The notes under the pieces: generated by a model
Told to the model about the DNA's origin: nothing
Seen by the model: the letters and a program-made list of their open reading frames with translations, nothing else
Database searches by the model: none
Source of the DNA: Fervidicoccaceae archaeon
Lineage (GTDB): Archaea > Thermoproteota > Thermoprotei_A > Sulfolobales > Fervidicoccaceae
Reading direction: 5' to 3'
Assembly (NCBI GenBank): GCA_038734945.1
Contig: JAVYOA010000001.1
Coordinates: 62,001 to 126,000, forward strand
DNA: 64,000 nt
Shown: positions 1 through 9,600 of the stretch, piece after piece
How positions within the stretch are numbered: position 1 is the first letter of the stretch
Layout of the letters: each line of letters opens with the position of its first letter
Position numbers and translations under genes: made by a program

Positions 1-1
1 C

Positions 2-700
2 ATTGATGCCTATGACACCCGAGAGATTTGGATTCTCGACGACTGCTCTCAGAGCTATTCCAAATTTGGTCTTTTTGAGAAGGAGTTCGAGGGATGAGAG
101 TATTGCTGCTAATAGAATTGGTGCTATAAAGAGAGCTCTCTGCACGCCAGCTTTTCCCATTAGGTCATAACTATAATAGGTGAAGTCCCTCGCATCTATG
201 CTCAGCGGAACTTTGTATCCAGCTTGGTTGGACAAAGTTGAAATTGCTGAGAGAAAGCTGGAACTAGCAGCATCAACGTAGATATTGAGAACGGAAAAAA
301 TGAACATGTCAGTTGCTATTGTAGCTATCATTAGCACAGTTGGAGATCCTCCTCTTCTCTTGAGGGGTCTCAGCACTGCTAGGTATTGAGCAACTGCAAC
401 CAGCCCTACAATAATGAATGAAACTAGAATGAATTCCAGATATACAGATAGGGGGATCGAGTAGTTGTAGACGGAGGCGTTTATCTCCAGGGGATTGGCT
501 CCAGAGAGGAGGGCATTTTTCACGGCTCCTATTCTGCTCAAGCTGACTAAGGTCCATGTGGTATATGCACCGAGGATGGCGAAGCTGGCCTGAGCAAAGT
601 TTGGAACCTTTGTTATCGAATATGTGAGGGAGAGCCCTAAGCTGAGAAGGGATAGAATGGAGCAGTATATTATAGCATTTACAAGCTGAGGAGGCAGCAC
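2..700 (-). CDS. livH: Branched-chain amino acid ABC transporter permease (LivH-like), runs off the window edge
   Basis: Manual translation from GTG at 700 is open to the edge: VLPPQLVNAIIYCSILSLLSLGLSLTYSITKVPNFAQASF...TKFGIALRAVVENPNLSGVIGIN, with both LivH signature segments. Directly downstream of a LivK-type binding protein. Confidence 0.85.
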   Translation of the reverse strand, partial: MLPPQLVNAIIYCSILSLLSLGLSLTYSITKVPNFAQASFAILGAYTTWTLVSLSRIGAVKNALLSGANPLEINASVYNYSIPLSVYLEFILVSFIIVGLVAVAQYLAVLRPLKRRGGSPTVLMIATIATDMFIFSVLNIYVDAASSSFLSAISTLSNQAGYKVPLSIDARDFTYYSYDLMGKAGVQRALFIAPILLAAILSSLELLLKKTKFGIALRAVVENPNLSGVIGIN

Positions 701-774
701 GGGCTAACCCTTCTTTGGATTTTAAAGGATTTCAATTATAAGTGGATTATATTCCTTTCTCACTATTAAAAAAA

Positions 775-2058
775 TTAGCTGAATGTGAATGATTTTGTAG
801 CTGTGTCGTACATTCCTTTGTAGCTCCATACATACTGGCCCTGCTGGCTGTCCACTGCATATATAAAGTAATTAGCATATGCCCTATCTCCATTGGCATT
901 GAGCTGAGTCCAGCCTGTTACTCCATAGTAGTTAGAAGCTATTGTTGGGAGGATCTTGATAACTTTGTCCGGAGAATAGTCTCCTGCTGTTATTATAGAT
1001 AAGGTCAGGATCCATGCTATATCGTATGTGTTGTAGGCATATGAAATGGGCTCTGTTCCCAGACTCTGGATAAACCTCGCTGTGAGGTTCTCGTACTTTG
1101 GATTGGGCAGTGTTCCAGCTATAGTGGCAGTGAAGTTCGTCTTTACTGCGAAGGAAGCTGCAACTGGATCGCTAATTAGCTTGCCAGATTTAGCTATTCC
1201 ATCTGTTCCTATCCATCTTACGCTGGAGAGTGATTGGTACTGACTTGCCTGATCGATGAATTGGACTCCTTCCTCAAAGGATATGAGGACAACTCCAACG
1301 CTTGATTCCCCGTATTTTCCTATCAGAGAGCTCACAGTATTAGCAAGCTGGTTCACTTCAGAAGTGTAGTCGCTTGCCTGCACGGAATATCGAGGTCCAG
1401 TGATCGCATCGATTCCGAGCAATGCCATGTTAGCAATTGTGGAATTAGCCAGGTTGTCTCCCCAGTCATCTCCTCTCCAAACAATAACAACATGTTTGAG
1501 ACCGTAGTACTTTGCCAATTGTGCCAGAGCCTCCCCCTGCATTCTATCATCGACAACTAGCCTGAAAATGAAGTCGTTAGGAATAGCTAGAGCTGGAGAT
1601 GTACTAGAAGGGCTGAATATTATTATATGGTTCGAATTAGCGAAGCCCATGATGTTCTTAACTTCAGAGCTTGCCATTGGACCAACTATGAATTTCACTC
1701 CTTGTGCATAGAGGCTCTGCAGCTTTTGAAGCGCCACGTTTGGATTAGTCTGTGTATCCTCAATGAAGACCTTCACTTGGTATGGAAGCCCGGAGGAGTT
1801 GAGGAATGCATTTATGTCTGAGGCAGCCAGCTGAAGAGCCAGACTGTTCTGCTGTCCAAAGGTCTGAAGATCTCCGCTGAGGGGGAAGAGGCCTCCCAGA
1901 GCTATTGTGGTTAAGGTTTTCGCCGATGTGCTCTGCTGTGCAGTTGTATTTGTGCTAGGAGTTGTGGATGTTGTTTGGGTCTTCAGCCCAAATCCTACAG
2001 CAATTCCGATAACTAGAAAAACGATGGCGATGACTGCAATCTGAACTTTTGCATTCAT
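775..2058 (-). CDS. Branched-chain amino acid ABC substrate-binding protein (LivJ/LivK family), membrane anchored
   Basis: N-terminal TM helix, Thr-rich linker, GGLFPLSG, EDTQTNP, VGPMASSE, SPSSTSPALA, YAYNTYD motifs. Confidence 0.9.
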   Translation of the reverse strand: MNAKVQIAVIAIVFLVIGIAVGFGLKTQTTSTTPSTNTTAQQSTSAKTLTTIALGGLFPLSGDLQTFGQQNSLALQLAASDINAFLNSSGLPYQVKVFIEDTQTNPNVALQKLQSLYAQGVKFIVGPMASSEVKNIMGFANSNHIIIFSPSSTSPALAIPNDFIFRLVVDDRMQGEALAQLAKYYGLKHVVIVWRGDDWGDNLANSTIANMALLGIDAITGPRYSVQASDYTSEVNQLANTVSSLIGKYGESSVGVVLISFEEGVQFIDQASQYQSLSSVRWIGTDGIAKSGKLISDPVAASFAVKTNFTATIAGTLPNPKYENLTARFIQSLGTEPISYAYNTYDIAWILTLSIITAGDYSPDKVIKILPTIASNYYGVTGWTQLNANGDRAYANYFIYAVDSQQGQYVWSYKGMYDTATKSFTFS

Positions 2059-2190
2059 AGCTATACACCACAGAATGATAGTAAAATGGAAATTTCTTTC
2101 AAATATAAATTAATTCCCTTTTATTCTAGTGGGAACCTACAGATCTGCTTTGTTTCATTATTTTAATAAATCAATTATCATTAAAAATTG

Positions 2191-3612
2191 TTATTCGCTT
2201 CCCCTCATCTCCTTACCTCTGAGAGCAGAGAGAATCATGGATGCTGCTAGAACAGCCATTGAGACGCCGAATGCGGCCTTCATTCCCATCATGAATCCGG
2301 TAGCAAGTCCGCCTATGATGCTGCTAGTTCCCATGAAGATTTGGAAGGCGAGCTGCCTGGGAATGGAGAGGGAAGAAACACTTATTGCTAGAACGTAGCT
2401 AAGCAGCATTCCAACGTTAGCAAGAGTTCTCTGTATTCCACTGGCACCTCCGTAATACCCTTTTGATGCATTTGCCATTATTGCACTGTTGTTTGCTGGA
2501 TAGAAGAGAGCCGATCCCACTCCTCCTATGATTGATGCCAGAACAATTGTGGAGAAGGGGGTAGAAGGGGAAAGTGCTGTCAGATAGAAGAGAATGCTGA
2601 TCATCATCATTCCTATACCAAGTGTTGCCGGAATCCTCGATCCTATTCTATCGGAGAGCCTGCCTGAAAACGGTGCTATTGCGCTGGCAACGAGATAGCC
2701 TGGAACGAGAAGGAGAGATGTCTGAAAGGGTGTTAGCCCTCTTATGCCCTGGAGGTACATAGTTAATATGAACGATATGGAGATGTAGCCCATGCTCTGA
2801 AAGAATGAAGCAAGAATTGCGGCAGTTAGAAGCCTGTTTCTAAATGCCTTAGTATCTATGATGGGCATTTCCTGCCTAGGTTCAATAATGAATATCATTA
2901 GCGCGAAGATGATGATGCCGAGCAGAATGAGAACTGCGCTCTGCATCGTGACTCCAACTCCAGCTATTTCAGAGCTTCCAAGGGATATGAGAATGAGGGA
3001 AAGTATCATTGTTATTGTTCCAGGAATGTCAAATTTTCTCCTTATCCTCTCTCCAGCCTTTAGATACCGTGTTCCCAGAAAAAGGGCAATTATGCCCAGA
3101 GGAACATTTATGTAAAATATATATCGCCATCCGAGCGCTGTTGTAATGAAGCCTCCGAGGACTATTCCAAGAGTGGATCCTATGTTCCATCCTATGGATG
3201 TGTATCCAAATGCTCTTCCTCTGAGATTAGGAGGATAGTGATCTGCTATTACTGCTCCAGAAGTAGATTGCATCATGGCTCCTCCAATAGCCTGAATAGA
3301 CCTGAATGCCAGAAGGAAGTTCATGTTGGGAGATGCACCACATAGGGCTGAGCCAACTGTGAAAATTAGAAAGCCCAAGTTGTATACCTTGGACCTACCT
3401 ACATTGTCTCCTAGCCTTCCAAGCTGGGCACTTAGAGAGGAAATAACAATTATGTATATCATTATGAGCCAGCCTGCCATTTCAAGGTTTGTATGAAGCT
3501 CATCTACGATGGTTGGAATTGCAAGGATAACTATGGTGCTATCTATGGCAGACATCATAACTCCTAGAAAAACCACGAGAAGGGCTAGCTCTCTGCTTGT
3601 TGCTCTCTCCAT
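2191..3612 (-). CDS. MFS transporter, DHA2 (EmrB/QacA-like)
   Basis: [45 protein letters not shown] motifs; about 14 hydrophobic segments. Confidence 0.9.
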   Translation of the reverse strand: MERATSRELALLVVFLGVMMSAIDSTIVILAIPTIVDELHTNLEMAGWLIMIYIIVISSLSAQLGRLGDNVGRSKVYNLGFLIFTVGSALCGASPNMNFLLAFRSIQAIGGAMMQSTSGAVIADHYPPNLRGRAFGYTSIGWNIGSTLGIVLGGFITTALGWRYIFYINVPLGIIALFLGTRYLKAGERIRRKFDIPGTITMILSLILISLGSSEIAGVGVTMQSAVLILLGIIIFALMIFIIEPRQEMPIIDTKAFRNRLLTAAILASFFQSMGYISISFILTMYLQGIRGLTPFQTSLLLVPGYLVASAIAPFSGRLSDRIGSRIPATLGIGMMMISILFYLTALSPSTPFSTIVLASIIGGVGSALFYPANNSAIMANASKGYYGGASGIQRTLANVGMLLSYVLAISVSSLSIPRQLAFQIFMGTSSIIGGLATGFMMGMKAAFGVSMAVLAASMILSALRGKEMRGSE

Positions 3613-3830
3613 TATGAGCTTCGCCTTCCATTCATCAAGATAATAGTGCGAATTTGAATGAAGTCTTAGACCTAATATTCGTTCTGCATCTATTTTCTAT
3701 TAATAACTAATTGATAGCTGCATTCTTGAAAAGGACTCTTCCCCAAAGCTTGAAGACCCTTTATCTAGGAATACACTCATCATAGGGGTCAGAACAGCTT
3801 TTTAACCTTGATTAAAGAGCTTATATATGA

Positions 3831-3903
3831 GGGCCGGTAGCTCAGCTGGAAGAGCGCTGCCCTCGCACGGCAGAGGTCCCGGGTTCAAGTCCCGGCCGGT
3901 CCA
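3831..3903 (+). tRNA. tRNA-Ala(CGC), intron-less, CCA not encoded
   Basis: Acceptor stem GGGCCGG/CCGGTCC with the G3.U70 Ala identity pair, anticodon arm CTGCC-CT CGC AC-GGCAG, T arm CCGGG-TTCAAGT-CCCGG, discriminator A, followed by a T-tract. Confidence 0.97.
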
Positions 3904-3950
3904 CTATTTTTTCTGCTATGAGCAATATCATGGCTTGGATGTGATGCGCC

Positions 3951-4610
3951 TTGACCAAGATAAGGCTTCCTCTTCCAAGAAAATTAACAGCAATGAGTGT
4001 TGAGGAGGCTCTTCTTCTTAGAAGAAGTGTTAGGTCTTTCCTGGATGATCCGCTTACTCTAGATGAGCTTTCTCTCCTGCTCTGGGCTGCTGGGGGTCGT
4101 GTAGGGAAAGAAGAAAATAGGAGAACTGCTCCAAGCGCCGGGGCAACATATCCATTGCTGATCCTCTGCTTCGTCGGACCGAACTCTATTGTTGGAGGTC
4201 AGAGGATTGACGCTGGAGTCTATAGGTATGAATGGAAGGATCATTCACTGGAAATGATTATTGAGGGGGATCGCAGGAAGGAGCTCGCTAGAGCAGCTCT
4301 TGGCCAAAGGTTCATATATGAAGCCCCGATTTCAATTGCCATATTTGCAGATTATTCGAAAACGACTAGATATTATGGGGAACGCGGCTACAGATATGTT
4401 CACATGGAAGCTGGGCATGTTGGTGAGAATATCTATTTAATGGCCACAGCTCTCAACCTGGGAACTGTGGCTGTTGGCGCTTTTGATGATGAGGAGGTTA
4501 TGAGGATAACGGGCATTAAGGAGCTGCCTCTGTATATATTTCCCATTGGAAGGCCTAGATTGAATGAAAGGAGAACTTTGGAGGCTGATGAAATGTTGAT
4601 GCAGAGATAG
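3951..4610 (+). CDS. SagB/ThcOx-family nitroreductase-like flavoprotein
   Basis: RRSVRSF, RTAPSAGATYP, YGERGYRYVHMEAGHVGENIYL, AVGAFDD motifs. Confidence 0.88.
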   Translation: MTKIRLPLPRKLTAMSVEEALLLRRSVRSFLDDPLTLDELSLLLWAAGGRVGKEENRRTAPSAGATYPLLILCFVGPNSIVGGQRIDAGVYRYEWKDHSLEMIIEGDRRKELARAALGQRFIYEAPISIAIFADYSKTTRYYGERGYRYVHMEAGHVGENIYLMATALNLGTVAVGAFDDEEVMRITGIKELPLYIFPIGRPRLNERRTLEADEMLMQR

Positions 4611-4632
4611 ATGATTAGAAGCTGGAGAATAG

Positions 4633-5214
4633 GTGGGGGGAGATTTCTTGTCAGTTGAGTGCAATGAGATAGAGCTCTTTGTTCTGCGATTTTCTGAGGA
4701 CTCTCCATCTGCCAGCACCGGAGTGAAGCTGTATAGGTTGGGACTTGCAAGGAGAATAGGTCTGGAGAGGGCATCAAAGATCAGGGGAATATTTCTGGAT
4801 CCTTTTTCTTCAATTCCAATCTCCAGAGAAGATCTATCCTATGCGAGAAGCATAATAGTTGTTGACAGATCTTGGAATGTCTTGGAGAGGGAGAGGAGGA
4901 TGCCTCTGAGGACGGGGAAGGGTACTAGGAGGCGGCTGCCTTTCCTCATAGCATCGAACCCAATAAACTATGCTAAGGCCTACAAGCTCAGCAGCGTCGA
5001 GGCACTTGCCGCTGCTTTATTCATTCTGGGATGTGAGGAGAGAGCGAAAGAGCTGATGTCAAAGTTCAAATGGGGACAAAATTTCTTTTCTCTCAATGGA
5101 AGATTGCTAGAGAGGTACAGAAATTCCTTGAATTTGCATGATTTGCTGAGGGCAGAGGAGGAGGAAACTGAAAAGTTTCTTGGAGGTGATATGAGAGGTG
5201 AAGGTTCTAGTTGA
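4633..5214 (+). CDS. tsr3: 16S rRNA aminocarboxypropyltransferase Tsr3 (DUF367)
   Basis: VVDRSW, RRLPFLIASNPINY, KLSSVEALAAAL, FKWGQNFFSLN motifs. Confidence 0.88.
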   Translation: MGGDFLSVECNEIELFVLRFSEDSPSASTGVKLYRLGLARRIGLERASKIRGIFLDPFSSIPISREDLSYARSIIVVDRSWNVLERERRMPLRTGKGTRRRLPFLIASNPINYAKAYKLSSVEALAAALFILGCEERAKELMSKFKWGQNFFSLNGRLLERYRNSLNLHDLLRAEEEETEKFLGGDMRGEGSS

Positions 5215-6136
5215 AGGTGGCAGTAGAATTCACCTTGGCTTTTACAACATAGTAAATGAATCAAGGATATATGGAAGCGTTGGGCTCTATCTAGAAGCTC
5301 CAAAAGTAGTGGTTTCTGCTTCCAGTGAGGGGGATCCATCGGAAGAATGGAGAGCTATTTCAGAATCCATATGCGAGATAGGATCCTCTGTTAATGTCAG
5401 GATAGCATCATCTCCTCCAAAGCATGTCGGACTTGGAAGTACTACACAGATATCTATGAGCGCAGCAATGGCATTGAGAACGCTCTGCAGGAGAAAGCTA
5501 TCCTATAAGGATCTCGCCCTTATTACTGGAAGAGGAGCGGTCTCAGGAATAGGAATACATGCCTTCAGATATGGAGGACTGATAGTTGATGGTGGAAGGA
5601 GAAATACTGGTGTGCTTCTTCCTCCGTCAAGCGAATCCGATCTTCCTCCTCTTCTCCAGAGGCTTTCTTTTCCAAGAGATTGGGTTGTAGTTTTGGTGAT
5701 TCCGAGCTCTGGCAGAAAGGTTAGTGAAGAGGAGGAGAGCTTCATGCTTTCTCCAGCGCCACCACACTTCGATCAGGTCTTGTTGCTAAGAGGTCTAATG
5801 CAGCTAACGAATGGAATTCTGAACAAGGATCTTCTAACTTTCTCGAATGGAGTTGAGACTATTCAAAGAATGATGGGAGATTACTTTGAGGAGTATCAGG
5901 GAGGGAAATACTCAAGCAATCAAACCATGGCATCTGTAGAAGCTCTTCGCTTCTCTGGTGCTAAGGGAGTGGGGCAAAGCAGTTGGGGTCCTCTAGCCTA
6001 TGGCTTCATACTCGAGGAGAGCAAGAGCAGAGTTGAGGAGAACCTGCGTGATTATCTCAGAAAAGAAGGGGTGGATGCCCAGATTCTATTCACAAAGGCA
6101 AGAAACAGGGGGGCTTCCGTTTCAGTTGTTGTCTAA
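5198..6136 (+). CDS. Beta-ribofuranosylaminobenzene 5'-phosphate (RFAP) synthase family, GHMP fold
   Basis: SRIHLG, PKHVGLGSTTQ, GRGAVSGIGIHAFRYGGLIVDGG, GVGQSSWGP motifs. Confidence 0.85.
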   Translation: MKVLVEGGSRIHLGFYNIVNESRIYGSVGLYLEAPKVVVSASSEGDPSEEWRAISESICEIGSSVNVRIASSPPKHVGLGSTTQISMSAAMALRTLCRRKLSYKDLALITGRGAVSGIGIHAFRYGGLIVDGGRRNTGVLLPPSSESDLPPLLQRLSFPRDWVVVLVIPSSGRKVSEEEESFMLSPAPPHFDQVLLLRGLMQLTNGILNKDLLTFSNGVETIQRMMGDYFEEYQGGKYSSNQTMASVEALRFSGAKGVGQSSWGPLAYGFILEESKSRVEENLRDYLRKEGVDAQILFTKARNRGASVSVVV

Positions 6137-6218
6137 TCATCTAGCTTCCGCATCATATGTTATAATCGGCATTTTTATATATGATTTGTTTCAAACCATT
6201 ATATTGGTGGAAAACTAA

Positions 6219-6470
6219 ATGCCCTCAGCCATTGTACTAATAAATGCTGAAATAGGGAGCGAAGAAGAAGTATTCAACGAGATATCAAAGGTAAAGGAAG
6301 TAACAGAAGCGTATGTAGTATATGGCGTTTACGATGTAATAGTGAAAGTTGAAGCAGATACAATGGATAAACTTAAGGAGGTGGTAGCATCACAGATAAG
6401 AAAGCTACCAAAAGTGAGGTCAACCCTCACAATGATAATTGTTGAAGGGAAGGAGCTAAAGAAAAAGTGA
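6219..6470 (+). CDS. Stand-alone Lrp/AsnC ligand-binding (RAM) domain protein
   Basis: AIVLINAEIG, AYVVYGVYDVIVKVEA, IRKLPKVRSTLTMI; no HTH. Confidence 0.88.
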   Translation: MPSAIVLINAEIGSEEEVFNEISKVKEVTEAYVVYGVYDVIVKVEADTMDKLKEVVASQIRKLPKVRSTLTMIIVEGKELKKK

Positions 6471-7807
6471 AGAGGCTGGCCGTTGGGCTGGACGGCTACG
6501 ACTCAAATTTCTCAGGATGTACCACTCACTTCACAGTTTTTTTGCTTAACATTCTAAGGAAAAGTGGAAGGGAATTCAAGCTACTAGGTGGGCCTTTTTT
6601 AGTTAGGTTGAATCCAAATGTCCCTTTCAAGACAAGAGGAAATGCTGCAGTTTCTTTTTCAATTGAGGGGGAAATCGATGAGCAATTCATTGAGAGATCA
6701 ATAGAAGAGGTTGCTGAAGCTTATGAATTCGAGAAAAAGGGAACATCTGTGATAATAGATCTGGATAAATGGAATAGATTTGTGGATTTGGTTAGGTTCT
6801 ATCATAGGAGTGTTTCCGATTTGGTTCCAAGGAAAGTTGCTGAGGAGCTGCTTGAGGATGTTGGAGGAATAAGCATAGGAAGAAACAGCTTGGTTGGAGC
6901 TCTGGCGTCCGTGGGCTATGCTCTATCCGAAAGTGAGTTCACTTATGAGCTTCTCGTTTACAGAGGGGAAGCAGAGGAGGATAATAGAACAATCGATGAA
7001 AAAAAGGCTAAGGAGATCCTCCTCTCTTTTCCCTCACTCTTCAACAATGTCAGCAGAAAGAGAGGAAAGGTTGTAGCAATTCCCAGAGGTCCAGATCCTG
7101 TTTTGATCGGCATAAGGGGCTACAACGAAGGAGAACTAATGGAGGCTTTAAAAGAACTTGTTCCATTCATGGAGAGACCTTCAGCATGGTGTCTCTTCAA
7201 GAGCAATCAGCATACGGATCCCCATGCCATCCCAAGAAAAATAGAGGATCTGAGGGTCTATAGAATGGGCGTTATTGAGGGAGTAATCTCGGAGAAGCCC
7301 GATATCAAAATGGGGGGGCATGTTATTGTATATCTCGATGATGAGAGAGGGATGAGTATTCCAGTAATTTTCTACAGCGAAACCTATCCTATGAATGTTG
7401 CTGCTGCCAAATTGAGAAGGGGGGACAGAATAGCAGTTCTGGGAGGAGCTGTGGAGAAAAGAGGAAGCGATGGGCTGATATTTGAGGCGGAGAAGCTATG
7501 GATAAAGGATGTTTCAAATATAATATTGGAGAGAAACCCTAGGTGTCCGGTTTGTGGGGCAAGAATGGAGAGCGCTGGAAGGGAGAAGGGCTATAGATGC
7601 CCCAAATGCGGCTACAGAGCAAGAGGGGTTTTGGCTAAGGAGAAGATCGTTGTGAAAAGAGATTTGCAAATAGGATCCGTTTCTCCTTTGGAAGGAAGAA
7701 TTAGGCACCTGGTGAAGCCGTCGGAGCTGGAGCACATTGCACTTCCTAGAATAACAATGGGCAAGGAAGGAAAGGAGATTCATTGCAGCTATCAAGCTTT
7801 CCGTTAG
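6467..7807 (+). CDS. tiaS: tRNA(Ile2) agmatidine synthetase TiaS
   Basis: GCTTH, LVRLNPNVPFKTRGN, PRGPDPVLIGIRG, SNQHTD, GGHV, C-terminal CPVC/CPKC zinc ribbon. Confidence 0.9.
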   Translation: MKRLAVGLDGYDSNFSGCTTHFTVFLLNILRKSGREFKLLGGPFLVRLNPNVPFKTRGNAAVSFSIEGEIDEQFIERSIEEVAEAYEFEKKGTSVIIDLDKWNRFVDLVRFYHRSVSDLVPRKVAEELLEDVGGISIGRNSLVGALASVGYALSESEFTYELLVYRGEAEEDNRTIDEKKAKEILLSFPSLFNNVSRKRGKVVAIPRGPDPVLIGIRGYNEGELMEALKELVPFMERPSAWCLFKSNQHTDPHAIPRKIEDLRVYRMGVIEGVISEKPDIKMGGHVIVYLDDERGMSIPVIFYSETYPMNVAAAKLRRGDRIAVLGGAVEKRGSDGLIFEAEKLWIKDVSNIILERNPRCPVCGARMESAGREKGYRCPKCGYRARGVLAKEKIVVKRDLQIGSVSPLEGRIRHLVKPSELEHIALPRITMGKEGKEIHCSYQAFR

Positions 7808-7857
7808 AGATATAAACCTATTGATCTCAAACCTAAAACATCATAGAGGGAGCTTAA

Positions 7858-8064
7858 ATGGGCAAAGTAAGAACTGCTATGGTGAAGAGAACCGCGAGAA
7901 AGCTGCTCTCGATGTACCCTACTCTGTTCACTGAGAGCTTTGAGAGCAACAAGCAAATTGTGAGAAAGCTCGTTGATATACCGAGCAAGAGAGTGCAGAA
8001 CAGAATTGCTGGTTATCTGACGAGGCTTGTTAAAATAAACAAGAGAAAGAGCACCTCGGTATGA
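7858..8064 (+). CDS. rps17e: 30S ribosomal protein S17e
   Basis: MGKVRTAMVKRTA...FESNK...SKRVQNRIAGYLTR. Confidence 0.96.
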   Translation: MGKVRTAMVKRTARKLLSMYPTLFTESFESNKQIVRKLVDIPSKRVQNRIAGYLTRLVKINKRKSTSV

Positions 8065-8074
8065 GCAATGCCGG

Positions 8075-8338
8075 GTGCTTAAATTGACTAAGATTGTTCT
8101 CGTTGGGCAGCTCAAGGAAATTCTTGGAAAGGAGTTTCTGGAGCTAAATGGAAACAGGCTAAGCGAAATACTCAGAAAGCTTTCACCTGCTGTTCAAGAT
8201 GTTCTCGATATTGATGGGAAGCCCAGTGGAAAGTATATTTTCCTACTGAATGGGGTGGATTCATTTGTCTACGGTGATGATCCAGAAATCAAGGAAGAAG
8301 ATACTATAACTATAATACCAATAAGCCACGGAGGATGA
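8075..8338 (+). CDS. Ubiquitin-like Urm1/SAMP (MoaD/ThiS fold) protein
   Basis: FLLNG and C-terminal IPISHGG (Urm1-like HGG end); lies between rps17e and cgi121. Confidence 0.82.
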   Translation: MLKLTKIVLVGQLKEILGKEFLELNGNRLSEILRKLSPAVQDVLDIDGKPSGKYIFLLNGVDSFVYGDDPEIKEEDTITIIPISHGG

Positions 8339-8976
8339 GCTTCTTGTCAATGGAGGAAAATGCTGGAGATAGATTCCTTACCCTCAGCTGGAAAGATATA
8401 GAAGAAGCATCTATGGTAATAGCGGAAAAAATTAGTTCTTCTGGTTTTACCCCACAAGTAATTGTGGGGATACTCAGAGGAGGTTGGATTCCAGCAAGAA
8501 TCCTCAGCGATCTCCTTGATGTAAAAGAAGTGGGAGCGCTGGAGATAAAATTCTACAGAGGAATTGAGGAGAGAAGTGAGAGACCTGTTATAACACAACC
8601 GCTCGTTTGTGATGTGAAGGACAAAAACGTTCTCATAGTTGATGATGTCGCTGATACAGGAAAGAGCCTACAGGTAGCGCTTGGAGCTGTGAGCCTATAT
8701 GGACCAAAGCAAATCAAGAGTGTTTCTCTATATACTAAACCATGGAGCGTTATCGTTCCGGACTTCTACTTTGCTCAGACAGATAAATGGATAGTTTTTC
8801 CGTGGGAGAAGCGCGAAACTCTCCAGACCCTAGTGGAAGCTGAGTACAGGATAATTAGCAGAACTTCAATAGATAGCGAAAAAGTCTCGAGGGATCTGGC
8901 TCAAAAGCTCAAACTGCAACAGGATGAAATTAGAAGAATTTTAGAGCTTCTATTAAGGGAGAAGAGGTCACCGTGA
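8335..8976 (+). CDS. Purine phosphoribosyltransferase (type I PRTase)
   Basis: GILRGGWIPA, PRPP loop VLIVDDVADTGKSL, WIVFPWE. Confidence 0.9.
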   Translation: MSFLSMEENAGDRFLTLSWKDIEEASMVIAEKISSSGFTPQVIVGILRGGWIPARILSDLLDVKEVGALEIKFYRGIEERSERPVITQPLVCDVKDKNVLIVDDVADTGKSLQVALGAVSLYGPKQIKSVSLYTKPWSVIVPDFYFAQTDKWIVFPWEKRETLQTLVEAEYRIISRTSIDSEKVSRDLAQKLKLQQDEIRRILELLLREKRSP

Positions 8977-9446
8977 GTGACAGAGATCTCTGCATAAACG
9001 TGCCAATTTATCCAAACCTGAAGAGAGAGTTCTACTTCACACTGACATCGCAGAAGCTCAATATAGCGCCAGATAGCATTGTTCTTGAGGCCGAAATTCC
9101 TTCCTCGCTCATTTTTACCTGTTTCCATGCAGCAAAAGCAGCGGAGGAGGCTCTGAGGGCCATTGAGCAGGGAGAGTCTCTCAGAAACACGAGGCTCGAG
9201 ATCCTCAGAAGGCTCACTCTAACCAGACAGGTGAGGGATCTAGAAAATATAATTAATAGTGCCAGGGGAGAGCCTTGTTATGTCTATGTTACCAGAGCTC
9301 CACTGCAGGGGGCCTTTCCTCCATGCTATTGCAGTGAGGATGCTTTGAGGAAAATTTTTGAGATTGTGCCACAAATAGAATGGCTGGGAGAGGAGGGGGT
9401 TCTATCCGCAATTGCTCTGACTTCTCTGGGAAGGTGGCCTACCTGA
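8973..9446 (+). CDS. cgi121: Probable KEOPS subunit Cgi121
   Basis: HAAKAAEEALRAIEQG...LEILRRLTLTRQV resembles the Cgi121 core; context next to S17e and a ubiquitin-like gene. Confidence 0.55.
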   Translation: MSDRDLCINVPIYPNLKREFYFTLTSQKLNIAPDSIVLEAEIPSSLIFTCFHAAKAAEEALRAIEQGESLRNTRLEILRRLTLTRQVRDLENIINSARGEPCYVYVTRAPLQGAFPPCYCSEDALRKIFEIVPQIEWLGEEGVLSAIALTSLGRWPT

Positions 9447-9526
9447 ATATTTATACCTCTCTCCAATGTTTCTAGAATTTTGAGGAAAATTGATTTTTCT
9501 GTGCAAACGGTTTTTATTTGTGATTC

Positions 9527-9542
9527 GAAAACCTTTTTATAA
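9527..9542 (+). promoter_or_regulatory. Putative BRE-TATA promoter of the Glu/Trp microprotein gene
   Basis: GAAAACC-TTTTTATAA, about 60 nt upstream of ATG 9601; SD GAGGTG at 9588-9593. Confidence 0.5.
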
Positions 9543-9600
9543 GAAATTAAGAGAGTCTAAGTGAAGGTCAACTCACTCTAATGAGCAGAGGTGTAAAACA

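Noticed and set aside
309..557. 82-aa minus-strand ORF from the track
   Set aside because: Out-of-frame shadow of the LivH permease, which is open from 700 to the window edge.
3951..4610. SagB-like dehydrogenase plus distant TldDE as a RiPP (azole peptide) cluster
   Set aside because: No YcaO cyclodehydratase or Cys/Ser/Thr-rich precursor nearby; the genes are over 50 kb apart and commonly stand alone in archaea.
6467..6520. TiaS N-terminal GLDGYDS instead of G(I/L)DDxDS as a sign of inactivation
   Set aside because: All other TiaS motifs and the frame are intact for a normally essential enzyme; cannot be called without an alignment.
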